A DNA stretch of 64,000 nucleotides from contig NIVC01001289.1 in NCBI GenBank assembly GCA_002269645.1, forward strand, positions 1 through 64,000, in the 5' to 3' direction. The stretch is from Macrostomum lignano (Eukaryota). A program made the translations under genes and the position numbers. Numbering within the stretch: the stretch's first letter is position 1; every line of letters starts with the position of its first letter. This document shows positions 49,024 through 61,298 of the stretch, piece after piece. The notes beneath the pieces are model-generated. The model ran no database searches. It worked only from the letters and a program-made list of their open reading frames with translations, and was not told the DNA's origin.

Positions 49024-51744
49024 TATTTGTACTAAAATTTATTTATATTCATTTTAAAGCTCTCATAACTGACTTACCCATAGTTACCTCGTGATGCAGC
49101 AGCGATTTTCGTTAGAAATTTTCACGACACTCTGAATTCAAATCAGTTGCGTTCGCGGTAAGCAATTTAACAACCTGATATCATAGACGGTAAAAATATA
49201 GTATAAACAATATATGCTATTAGATAGCGCAGTCTTTTTAAACACAGTTGATCCGTTAAAAAGATGCAGGGTAAAATGTGCCGAATGCCATGCAATCGTG
49301 CACTGACTGCAGCTAGCTATAGAGATAAAAATCAAAACGCTGGTATTTACTCTCGCTTACATCTGCCGCTTACAACTATATGCAAGGGCCGAAATATTAA
49401 AAGCAGATATTGCTTCATACGAGCTATTTAGATTGAAGCCCGAAGATTTAGGCGCACAGCTACTTAGGCCGCGAACTTTTAACTAGTTTAAATATAATCT
49501 AAGTATTTATTCCTTTTAAATGAACTGAGTTGAACCTCGAGAAAATAGTTAACTTTTTGGTTCTAAAGTCTGCATGCCCGTCTGCATGGCCGATCTTCAT
49601 GAATATTACTCGTATTTGATGAATATAACTTTAGCTAAACATCTGATTTAGGAATAACGACCTAAATGTACATGTGGACTGATAGCTCAAGCATAAAGTT
49701 AATGTGTATAGTTGCGTGTTTGCATGCACAGGTCAGCGCAAATTTACTTATTAAATTAGTTGAATGCAAGTTATTAGAATTTGCTAATTAGTCTTCAATT
49801 TATCGAACGAACTCTTGAATTCCAGTCTTTCGTGCCTGTCACCATATATGGCCATCTCATAATTCTCATCTGCGCTGTGCGATCCGCGGTTTTCTGGTAA
49901 CGGCAAAAATATGATTGATACTGTACGTACATGTATGTAGGAAAGATATGATCAGTGAGTTATATTACCCAGTGGGGATAGAAAATAGACTCTCGCGCCA
50001 TGGTCCCTATAGCTTGATTCCATGCGTGGCCGCATTATAATTTATTGACTTGAGCATGAAAAAGGTCTCAGTCACACATGAGAGAGTAGAGAGAGCTAGT
50101 GCATCCCTGACGATTAGGCTCCGCAGAAATATTTGAACTGTTTGATTATGGTCTAGTTTGTCGCTTCGCTTAATTTTTGTTCTAAGATAACTGTTTTTAA
50201 TTAGCATCTTTAAATTTAACACTTGTTCCACTTGCACGCGTCGCGCAATTTTAAATTTTAGTTAACTTAGGTAAAACAAAAATTTATTTTAACACCTTGT
50301 GTATGCGACCAGTTAGGTACAATTTTCACTCAAGAAATAGTAAAAGGCCCTAATAAACTAGTGTGTAAATTATTTTTGTATTTTTGCAAAACGTTAAAAG
50401 ATGCTTGCACGTGTTCAGCTTTTTAATACAAGCAGAATTTACCATTAATAGATTTTTAATAAAATTTTTATTCGCTAAATAAAATAAATGAGAGCGATGC
50501 GATGCTACTAAGTACTAAAGCGTTATCTTTAATCGATCATGTATATATAATTTCCCATGTCCATCTGATTTCCTATGTATATATAACAGTACAGTATACT
50601 AAACAAGATTTTAGTATTTTCAATTAGGGATTCTTAAGAAGTCGATAGGGTCATAGAGATTTAGAGAGAGACAATTCAAATGTTTTTTTATAAAACTATA
50701 TCACTAATAAACTTACTTACGACTTAGGTTTAGTACCTTTTTAGATTCAGAGTATATAGAAGTGAAGTTTAGCTATATAGATAGTTGAAATTTTAAAATG
50801 ATATGAAGGAAGTTTATCTTTTAATTTTATGTATTTAAATATACTTGATTTTGTTTAGGTCGTAAATAAAAGTTACAGATTTATATTGAGGAATGCTAAT
50901 AATCCTAATAGTTACTATACTATATATTTGCTTTTATTTTTATCTTAAACTAGGCCTATAGTCATTTTTCGTATAATTGATATTCTAGTCTGCTAGCTTT
51001 TCAATTGCCAGTATATTTTTAGTTTGTGTTTTTACTTCAGTTCAATTATAAGCTGCATAAATAAGGGTAAAAAATAAAAAATATGTTGTTGAATAAAAAA
51101 TGTTAATCATTCAGTTGTATTGGTTGGGACTCCATTAGCTGATTGGTATTGAAGGTGACCCTCAGCTTTGGGGTCAGACTTGTCCTCCTTTCTTCTCTTC
51201 TTGTCTCCTGAAATTATTTCAAAGTTTATTATTAGTTAGAAAATCAAATTGATCAATCTGATTAGAATTGATTTTTATTTAAAACTTTCATTTTTTACAC
51301 ATAATGGCATTTGTTTGGGTTTTAGGGTTGAATGTTAAGGTTACCAAAGTGGGTGTCAATAGTAGCCTAATTATCAAATAGTAAATCAGGTTTCAAAAAT
51401 TATATGCAATGTTTGAGTGATTAAGTAGTATTGTAAGCACTAGCTATAAAGAAAATTTGTGTACATCATGCAAAAGCAAGAATTGGGTGCATAGGTGATA
51501 CCTAATAATAGAAAACTATTGTGTAAATTCAGATCTTTTGCATTTGGACACCTCACGACATGATATTTCTTGCTGGGTCAACACAAGTAGCTATGCAAAT
51601 GTTATGTAATACAAATCAGAGTACTTTTAGCACTGCACATTTGATAAATTCTGTGATGAACATGCTTACTCAAAACTGCCTCTAAATCATCAAAATGTAG
51701 GTGCAGTTACCTTCCTGTAGGTTTCTGTCATGCATCTCCTTGCT

Positions 51745-52045
51745 TCTTATTTTGTCCATTCTCCCTTCTCACCCTTCATTTTGTCCATTCTCTTTTCTCA
51801 CCCCGCTTCTCATTTTGTCCATTCTCCCCTCACCCCGCTTCTCATTTTGTCCATTCTCCCCTCACCCCGCTTCTCATTTTGTCCATTCTCCCCTCACCCC
51901 GCTTCTCATTTTGTCCATTCTCCCCTCACCCCGCTTCTCATTTTGTCCATTCTCCCCTCACCCCCTTCTCATGTTGTCCATTCTCCCCTCACCCCGCTTC
52001 TTATTTTGTCTATTCTCCCTCAATCCTCGCTTCTCATTTTGTCTT
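51745..52045. repeat. 32-bp minisatellite ccccgcttctcattttgtccattctcccctca
   Basis: About 8 units just downstream of the NSUN7 stop. Confidence 0.93.
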
Positions 52046-52261
52046 TTGTCTTCTTTATTTCTCTTATTTAGCCTCTCATGTCCCTCGATTCTCTCGATGT
52101 AATTACCCTTATTTTTCTAAATTCTCTCATCACTTATCAGTGGCTCTGTTTTCTAAACTCAATTTTTTACTAACTAGCCTGAACAGTGTTTCCTGTGCAT
52201 TCGCAAGCGTCTTGTTAAGTCCATAGAGCTGTTGGTGCATGCATTCGCTGATGCTGAGTTC

Positions 52262-55200
52262 TCAGTTTACCTTCCCAGCAGCTAGTGGCGCAGAACCAAT
52301 ACCACCGCCATGGCCAACAATGCTTGGCCTCCTTCTACCAACAGCTGTTCCACTATGGGTGAATTCAGCAGCATTTGCTGATGCGGCTTGCATGGCCGCG
52401 TAGGGTCCTGGCTGGTGCTGTCTCTGTTGCTGCGTTGGCGTATTGCCGCCGCCTTTGCCAAAGCTGAAGGCCGGCTCTAAGAGGTCGCTGGCGTTACCCG
52501 GCGACGAATGATGCCCGGCAGACGGTGTGAGTTGCTGGCGGGCTAATGTATTTTGATAATTATGACATTATATTTAAGATTAATTTGCTTCTACAAATCG
52601 GACTGATATACGTCTCTGCAAAGTACACAAATTAAGGACATCAACTTTTGCTTCTAAAACTGTAATTGCGAGTTTTTCAGAAGTTTTTTCGAAGGTCCTG
52701 GAGGTTTCGAGGTGGGGGGGGGGGGTTGCAGCAGAGAGATTCAATGAGGACACCCTGGGATTTAAAAAAATTCTAATGTTAGTACTGTTAATAGTGGTCT
52801 GTTGACTTGTGTAGTTCTCAATCTCAACATAAGTGTAACATCTATTTAAGCATTTAATGATAAAGATTAAATCAATGAGTGACTGAGCATAAATATTAAA
52901 CTACTGTGTTCGAACGAGTTATCTATTAGTATTATAAGGAAATGATGAGCAATATTAATAAAAAATATTTATAAATTTTGAGATAGAACAACACTTGAAA
53001 AATGCTTTCCCGACCTTTCTTGCCCTTCTTTTTGCTCTTCGGCAGCCTGTTGTCTTCGGTCTCGGTGTAGTCAACTAGGCCTTTCTCTTTGCAACGATTC
53101 AGAATGCCTGCCATCTCCGCTTGTTCGCGCGGCTGTTTACGAGAAGAGAGACAGACAGTGTTGATTGACGTTATTATCAGTAGATAGACTGTATTGTAGC
53201 TAAACTCCAGCCCTTCATGAACTTCCTAATCTTATTATATCTCCCTGCTCACCTGTCGGATAATGAGAGCCACAAAGCAGCCGTTGCTATTCCCGGATGG
53301 CGGTATCTTGATATAGTGCCCGTTGATGACGTCCTTGTCGTCAATATCCTGTCCGGAGATGGCCAAGTTAGTTGGCGCCACGTCGAATGGATCTTTGCGA
53401 TCGCGGACGTGAAGTCGATTCATGGCGTCCAGAGCGATGTCTACGATGTGTTCGTTCTCTTCGTCGTAGATGGATCTGGTTAGGTACACTGCCGATCGGA
53501 GTCTACCAGCTGCGTGGTTTAAGAATCACAAATCAAAATCTCTTTAGGCTTAGAAGCATTTCGCTTTAGTGCAACGTAAATTTTGAAGACACCATAGCAT
53601 CATCTAAGTTCGTATTGAATTGTATATCACTTTTCTGCTTCCGATCTTATCTGTCGATCTTTTAACTCACGTCACTCTTCGGTTTCCCATCTCACCTGGG
53701 TGTTCCAGTCCTGGGATTGTACCGGATTTCGGAGTTTCGAGATCCCGGGATCCAGGGTTAGAATCCCTAATACCAAACTTCAATCTCCTTTATCAACCTT
53801 TGGTGTCCTTCCTACCTTTTTTTTATTAGAGGCAGGGGGGTTGTGTGCACCCTGGCGCACTTTAAGCGACATAGGCACACAACCGGCGAGAGGCATTACT
53901 GCCCATTCCGCCGACTCCCCTGAGCAGGCATACAAGCGCGCGGATACGTACGCAGGCACACACTCACACAGGAGTGTACAGCGGCCCTAACTTTATATTA
54001 TCGTTAGGCATGTACACTTCACTGCGCCTTGGGGGGTTGGCTCTCAAGGCCGTTAATTGCACAAGCGAGCCAAGCCGAAATTCCAATCCAGCCCCAAATT
54101 AATGTGGCTGCACTTGGAATCGAGCCTGGGTCGCTGGCACACCAGAGCAGCTGCGCTACCGCTGGGCTACGGCCCCCCCTCTCCTTCCTACCTTGTCACA
54201 TGTTTTCTCTTGCATCTATGTTTACCAGCACATTCAATAAAAGCCAACTCACATCCAAGCACGTGCTTAAGCGTTTGCAAAGTTTGAAATTTCAATTGCA
54301 AATAGTTTGTCGGTTTGCTGTCTTGCAACAGTCGTTTGGTGTAGTCGAGTATTAGTTCGATATCGCCGCCTTCGTTCACCAGGTAGTCTATGGGATTAAT
54401 GATCCCGGATCTGGAGCACTTGGCCTCGACCAGGGCGTGACGAACGTGCTTGAGTTTGTCCTCCATGATTGGGATGCTTGTGATGTTCTCGTTGTAGAAT
54501 TGAATTCCTGGGTGATGGAATGAATAAAGCAGTAAAGCAGGTAAATACTGTTTTGGTAATCAGGTGTCGATTCAAATAGTACTTCAGTTTTATTTAACGG
54601 CTCGTTCACTGCCATCAGTTGATCTATCGAATCAAATGGCTGTTACAAAATAAATTTTATTGGGCAAATCAGGCCAGATATCTAAAAACTGGCCTGATTT
54701 GATGGCTGTGTATATCTAATGAGCCTTGAGTGATTTCGGACTCTATGGTGTTCATGATTTACAGATTTTATTGCTGATGATTTAGGGATTGCAAGATTGA
54801 TGATTTAGAGCTTGTAGGGTTGATGATTTAGAGTTGATGATCTAGGCATTGTAGGGTTGATGATTTACTTTGATTGTAGAGCTTATGATTTAAGGATTGT
54901 AGGGTTGATGATTTACTTTGATTGTAGAGCTTATGATTTAAGGATTGTAGAGTTGACGATTCACGGATTTTGGGGGTTGATGATTTAGGGATTGTAGAGT
55001 TGACGATTCACGGATTGTGGGTTTGATGATTTAGGGATTGTAGAGTTGACGATTCAGGGATTGTGGGGTTGATGATTTAAGGATTTTAGGGTTGATGAAT
55101 TAAAAAATCATGGTTAATGCTGTGGAATTACTCACTGTCGGATCCCGAGCTTAAGAGCGCCTGCTGAACCTCTTCTAGTTGATCTGGCGTGCATTTTTTA

Positions 55201-58200
55201 AACACCTTGACTACTGGAGACTTGTAGTTGCGCATCTTCAACAGATTCTCAACGTGAATTGCTGTCCACACAGAGCTAGGATTCACGATCAGTACTTCTT
55301 CGTCATCGAATACATTTTTCACGAGACTGTGAACTGCTAAGCTTGTTGTCTTGTCCTTTTAGGGAGATTTGTTAGGTGGTAATTTTTTCTTGTTATGTTA
55401 TATTTACGTAATATATACTTTTTCTCTACCAACTTTGCTCCTATCTTTCACTACCACCTCTTCCATCCTCCCACTGCTACCCCAACCCCCATTCCCCTAC
55501 TCCTACTCCAACCCCATTCCTCCACTGCTGCCCCAACCCCCATTCCCCTACTCCTACCCCAAGCATCATTCAGCCATTGCTAACTCAACCCCCATCCCTC
55601 ACTGCTACCCCAACCCCCATTCCCCCACTGCTACCTTAACCCCTATTCCTCCACTGCTACCCCAACCCTCATTCCTCCATTGCTAACCCAACCCCCATTC
55701 CCCTACTCCTACCCCAACCCTCATTCCTCCATTGCTAACCCAACCCCCATTCCCCTACTCCTACCCCAACCCTCATTCCTCCATTGCTAACCCAACCCCC
55801 ATTCCCCTACTCCTACCCCAACCCTCATTCAGCCATTGCTACCTTAACCACTATTCCTCCACTGCTACCCTTTCCATCAAGTCTGCTAACCAAAAAACAG
55901 TTTTTATTTAGCTATTTAAAGCACCTGAACAATGAGCACATTATCTGCCACCAGTTGCATCCTCTCGACCATTTCTCTCAAACCGGAAGCAAAGATAATC
56001 AGATCTGGGCACTGTCGGCACAGTCCAAATTCTTTCATCTCCAAATTCTTATTTTTGCGCACAAACTGCAGTCCTTGGCGCTGCAACTTATCCAGCACTT
56101 CGAATTGCTGCATCTTGAGCTGGTTGACCCAAGCGTACACGGGTATCTTCGAGGCCATCTGTTCGGTTCTGTTGCACTCGGTTGATAACATTTGACTGAT
56201 GCTGCTCACTCCTAGCTTGATTCGAATCTTAGCCAATGCCGCTTGCAATTTAATCATAATCTCCTGCAGGCTGCGTTCGATCTCTTGGCAGCGCTGGTCC
56301 AGCTCTTCTCCTGGTAGGGGCTTGCGCTTTTGAAATTTGCGAGATATGAAATCGCAAGCGATGATGTGCACAAGTTCCTTGTCGGCTGCCAGCTGCGGGC
56401 AGGCAAGGGCGTCTAGGTTATGATTGACAGTTTTATGACAGCTGTGAATCTAGTAATTGCTCCAACATTATCACACTGAGAATCACTCCGACATTGTCAC
56501 ACATAAGAATCACTCCAAGATTGTCACACTAAGAATCAGACCATGATCGTCAACTTGAGAATCACTCCAAGATTGTCACACTGAGAATCACTCCAACATT
56601 CTCATACATAAGTATCACTCCAAGATTGTCAGACTGAGAATCACTCCAAGATTGTCACACTAAGAATCAGACCATGATCGTCAACTTGAAAATCACTCCA
56701 AGATTGTCACACTGAGAATCACTCCGACATTCTCACACATAAGAATCACTCCAAGATTGTCACACTAAGAATCAGACCATGATCGTCAACTTGAGAATCA
56801 CTCCAAGATTGTCACACTGAGAATCACTCCAACATTCTCATACATAAGTATCACTCCAAGATTGTCACACTGAGAATCACTCCAACATTCTCATACATAA
56901 GTATCACTCCAAGATTGTCAGACTGAGAATCACTCCAAGATTGTCACACTAAGAATCAGACCATGATCGTCAACTTGAGAATCACTCCAAGATTGTCACA
57001 CTGAGAATCACTCCAACATTCTCATACATAAGAATCACTCCAAGATTGTCACACTGAGAATCACTCCAACATTCTCATACATAAGTATCACTCCAAGATT
57101 GTCAGACTGAGAATCACTCCAAGATTGTCACACTAAGAACCAGACCATGATCGTCAACTTGAAAATCACTCCAAGATTGTCACACTGAGAATCACTCCAA
57201 GATTGTCACACTGAGAATCACTCCGACATTCTCAATACATAAGAATCACTCCAAGATTGTCAGACTGAGAATCACTCCAAGATTGTCACACTAAGAATCA
57301 GACCATGATCGTCAACTTGAGAATCACTCCAAGATTGTCACACTAAGAATCAGACCATGATCGTCAACTTGAGAATCACTCCAAGATTGTCAGATTGAGA
57401 ATCACTCCAAGATTGTCACACTAAGAATCAGACCATGATCGTCAACTTGAGAATCACTCCAAGATTGTCACACTAAGAATCAGACCATGATCGTCAACTT
57501 GAGAATCACTCCAAGATTGTAACCAAAGAATCACTCCAAGATTGTCACACACGAGAATCACTCCAAGATTGTCACACTGAAAACCAATTCTAGACAATTA
57601 AACTTTTAGTTATCCCATTTTGTTAATTTATACATTCCGTGTAACTTCCATGTCGTTTTTTAATAGCAAATCGCATATCAGTTTTACTGTTAGTAGCAAG
57701 TAACCAAAATTATAAGTATATTCTAGGTTGAACATATAAATTTGTTTTTGCACTAGTGAATTAATTGATTTTTATACGCTGCATTTAATATTCCCTTAAA
57801 AATAAGTTTACTTATTAAAATCTTCAGCTTTTAAAAAACGGACGAAAATACTGGACGCCTTCAAATCCGTCCCCGAAGTGTCTGCATTCGTTAGGTATTA
57901 ATTAGGTAAGCAAAATCAGACTATTTTATACAGACATACCTCTGGAAAGTTGACAAAGAATGTGACCGAATCCAACAGTTTGTCTAGCACTGAACTCACT
58001 GTAATTGGAATGGATTTTTTAACATCCGGCGTTACATTTGTTTCGATACATATCGGCTTCTATAAGTTTTTCTTTCTGATTCTATATATATATTTGTTGC
58101 ATGGATTGTAATAAAATTTACGTTTTTTCATCTGAACTCTACATATATTTTCAATATATCCTCTTTATCAGCGTTTCCGTGGATTCTGTCGAAATTCTAA

Positions 58201-59142
58201 TAAAAGCTACACTATGTATATGGGCCCTAATTTTTAATGTTTCGATACATTTTACGATAATTTCGATACATATCGGCCCCAAAACTTACAGTAATTTGAA
58301 TGTTTTTTGGCTATTTAATTTTAAGTACTTTCGAAACATATCGGCTCCCTAAATTAGAGTAATCTCGATGCATATCGGCCCCTAAACTTTCAGTAATTTT
58401 TATGTATAGTGGCTGTTGAATATTAATACTTTCGAAACATATCGGCTCCCTAAATTAGAGTAATTTCGATACATATCGGCCCTTAAAATTTCGGTAATTT
58501 TTATGTATATTGGCTATTGAATTTTAAGTACTTTCGAAACATATCGGCTCCTAATTTTGACTAACTTTGAAACATTTCGGCTCCCTAAATGTATTTCGAT
58601 ACATATTTGTCTCTGAAGTTTGACCATCTTCAATACATATCGGCTTTAACAGAATTTTTTTCTCTACGTCTCAGCAGGATGTATTTCGATACATATCGGC
58701 TCTTTAATAGTTATCAACGTTTCTCACATTTTATAGTCTCCAGGGCCAGAGTATAAGTGAGCTTTTTCTCTCGTTTATCCTCAAACTGAATTTGGTCCAT
58801 TGCGCCGGCCATTATTTTGTCTCGCTGGCTGTGCGCATGTCGGCTGTAGGGATCTGGCACGTTGCCAGGATAGGGGCTGGTCCCGCTCGCCCCTCGGACC
58901 ATCGTGTTCTGCGGCGCCGCCAGCGGATTAGTAGAAACCGGTCTCGAACCGGCGCCGCCACCTCCAGCGCCGCCACCGCCAGCCATGGCTCTCATTAGTC
59001 TGGAGGCGTGCAAGAACACCTGGTGCGAATAGAGCACTGGCTCGTCTCGAACATAGTCGGATAGCCGACTGGGCTTGAAGTAGTGCCGAGGATAAGTGCC
59101 CGGCTCGAATATTGTTGGACGATGTCCAAGCTCAACGTCCAT
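52262..59142 (-). CDS. NSUN7: NOP2/Sun RNA methyltransferase family member 7-like, 8 exons, ~690 aa
   Basis: Phase-consistent exons (minus strand): 58728-59142, 57940-57998, 55925-56392, 55136-55355, 54253-54507, 53253-53509, 53015-53132, 52262-52542. NSUN7-type motifs CDFISRKF, KLQAALAKIRIK, PVYAWVNQLK, VQDKTTSLAVHSL, KCSRSGIINPIDYLVNEGGD and AVYLTRSIYDEENE. Confidence 0.88.
53830..54180 (-). mobile_element. tRNA-headed SINE family 2 in an NSUN7 intron
   Basis: Minus-strand head gggccgtagcccagcggtagcg...ggctcgattcc (A/B boxes); the body matches the fragment at 59860-59970. Confidence 0.7.
54770..55100. repeat. 23-bp minisatellite gttgatgatttagggattgtaga (partly 46-bp dimers)
   Basis: Read directly; starts ~35 nt inside the donor at 55135. 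Confidence 0.9.
55450..55870. repeat. C-rich ~26-bp array ccccaacccccattcccctactccta (G-rich on the NSUN7 sense strand)
   Basis: Read directly; dense runs of 4-5 C. Confidence 0.9.
56455..57580. repeat. Higher-order minisatellite of three 26-27-bp monomer types
   Basis: A gagaatcactccaagattgtcacact, B aagaatcagaccatgatcgtcaactt, C gagaatcactccaacattctcatacat, in recurring order. Confidence 0.93.
58240..58702. repeat. Imperfect dispersed-tandem repeat with core tttcgatacatatcggc
   Basis: About 10 cores with variable AT-rich spacers in NSUN7 intron 1. Confidence 0.85.
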
Positions 59143-59434
59143 TTTGTCTGCGTGTAGACTAGAAGCTGCTTTCTCGTATTGGGAGTTGCGCTGTTTATTT
59201 TATGCAGAGCGGAATGGAGACTTAAAAAGAAATCTTCTTGTGCCTGATCAGTTCTACTCCTTAATTAATCATTAATGATGTAAGAGATTGTGCAAGGAGA
59301 CTTAGAAGGCAGGAGCTGGAGTAACAACTCTTCAACAAAGCCCAATGATATATATATTTAAAACCAAGAAGCATCAAGCCCTGAAAGTCAGTTATCTAGT
59401 CTAAGATATCAGCATCTGTGATAATAATAATGAT

Positions 59435-59700
59435 AGATTACACTTGCCCTAATGGACTATTGCGCGGCGCACCTGAAGGCTACGTACGGTCGGCTATTCA
59501 GTCCAAGGACTGGGGGGGGGTTGCCACACACACCCTCAATTACCCCAGCTAATGCTGGCACCCATTTTACAGCTAGGTGAACTGAAGCAATGCAGAGTTA
59601 AGTGTCTTTCTCAAGGGTACTAATTATTCCAGTGGGATCGGGAATCGAACCCCCAACCTTCAAGTCGTGAGTCCGACGCTCTAACCACAGCCCCCTTGTA
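59435..59700 (-). mobile_element. tRNA-headed SINE family 1 (CORE-like body)
   Basis: Reverse complement of 60120-60430: B box ggttcgattcc, ccttgagaaagacacttaactct...cagttcacctagctgtaaaatgggtgcc, (att)n tail. Confidence 0.85.
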
Positions 59701-59859
59701 GCCCTGTGAATCTTGGCATCAGAGTTTCCCTTTATGCCATGGCTCAGCTCCAACTCTTCCTTTGATGCTTGGCCTACCAACCACTTCAAATTGACCCTAA
59801 GCATCCCAGCAATTCCCCCCCCCCCCAAAACACATAATTAAGCGCGCACGCCTGAAGAT

Positions 59860-59970
59860 TAGAAAGTCAGGGCCGCTTGTACACCCTGTGTGAGCGTGTG
59901 CATGAGTGAGTGCCTGAGTACGGTATTGGCGCGCTTGCATGTGCTCAGGTGTCAGAGCGGAATGGGCAGA
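59860..59970 (+). mobile_element. Fragment of SINE family 2 body
   Basis: cagggccgcttgtacaccctgtgtgag...gcggaatgggcag aligns to the reverse complement of ~53895-53995. Confidence 0.65.
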
Positions 59971-60119
59971 ATTTCTACTTCAAAAGAAAGAAGGGGAAAT
60001 CTGCTGCTTACAAAACTTCCGTCAGTCCTCGCTTATAGTTTATAGGTTGAACTTAAAAATAGAACCATATTTATAAAAATCCATCAGACCTAACGTTCTG
60101 GCCTATAGTTATCTGAAGG

Positions 60120-60430
60120 GGGTTGCAGCCTAGCGGTTACAGCGACGCCGACGGTCTCACGACTGGAAGACCAGGGGTTCGATTCCCGACCCACTCGGAA
60201 TAATTTGTGTCATTGAGCAAAGACACTTAACTCTGCACTGCTTCAGTTTACCCAGCTGTAAAATGGGTGCCAGCATTAGCTGGGGTGATTGAGGGTGTGT
60301 GGCGACCCCCCCTCCAGTTCTTCGACTGAACAGCCGTACGCAGCCTTCAGATGCGCTGCGCAATAGCAGCGGCTGAGCTGTCGGTTGCACATCTCACCTA
60401 TTAGGGTAGGTGTAATTAATTATCATCATT
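60120..60430 (+). mobile_element. tRNA-headed SINE family 1 (CORE-like body), most complete copy
   Basis: A box gcagcctagcggtta, B box ggttcgattcc, tgtgtcattgagcaaagacacttaactctgcactgcttcagtttacccagctgtaaaatggg, (atc)n tail. Confidence 0.85.
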
Positions 60431-61298
60431 CCTAAAAATCCAGATTCTGGCTCCGGATCTCCTTGGGTCATCCTATACGGTCTAAGCTTCTATCCTACTC
60501 ATCTAAAATTCATAGTCGTTGTCAATAGCAACCGGCCTAGAACTATACAATTCCACGCTAGCTTGGAAGACTGTTAGAGTAAACTTCAAGCTGAAACACT
60601 CGCATGGATGCATTGTAAAGTGCCAATTTAAGAAAAACAATACCGACGCTACTTAAAGATAATAGATTGTTAAGCAAAGGGTTCTTATTATTACGTGAGT
60701 TTTTAATTTCGTTTATTTGAAATTGCTGTCAAGTTTTGAGTGCTATTTCAGCTTTAATATAAGGCAGTGAAGGCTACGCTTATTGTTTGCGTTGCATATT
60801 ATATAGATAGGTAAATATCAGTGCAGAAGGGATAGAATCATACATAATTGACAATGAAAACTCTACATGCAAACTGGGCCGTCCAAAGGTTCGAATTTAT
60901 TAATTTACAATTAACAGACACTAAAAAATCGCTTTAAATGGTCGAGTTTTTTTCCACAAGGTAGTTTTCTTACAAGGGGTTTTGAGGCAAAAAGCGTTGG
61001 ATAAAACATTCTGCTTAGTGCAGATAAATATGAAGTACAGGTATTTTGTGCCTAGCCAAATAGCAGTATGCTAAATAATTGCAGAAAATCACAAAAAATC
61101 GTCAACAATCGGTTACAAACGTTCCTACTTGATAACCTTTAGTCAGTCAGTAGTCTGTACGAAATTGAAGGGAGAGCAAAACAAAAGTCTTCATTCACTA
61201 TTAATAGCTGTGAACAATATTGCAGAATGGCACGAGTCACTGTGCTGGATTAAAAAGAGAAGATAGTGAAAAAGCAGAGATTATACAGTGAAGCTGGT

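Noticed and set aside
53830-60200. tRNA genes at the A/B-box motifs (54110-54180, 59630-59700, 60120-60195; also ~4960-5025 and 18520)
   Set aside because: No closing acceptor stem; followed by shared SINE bodies, so these are SINE heads.
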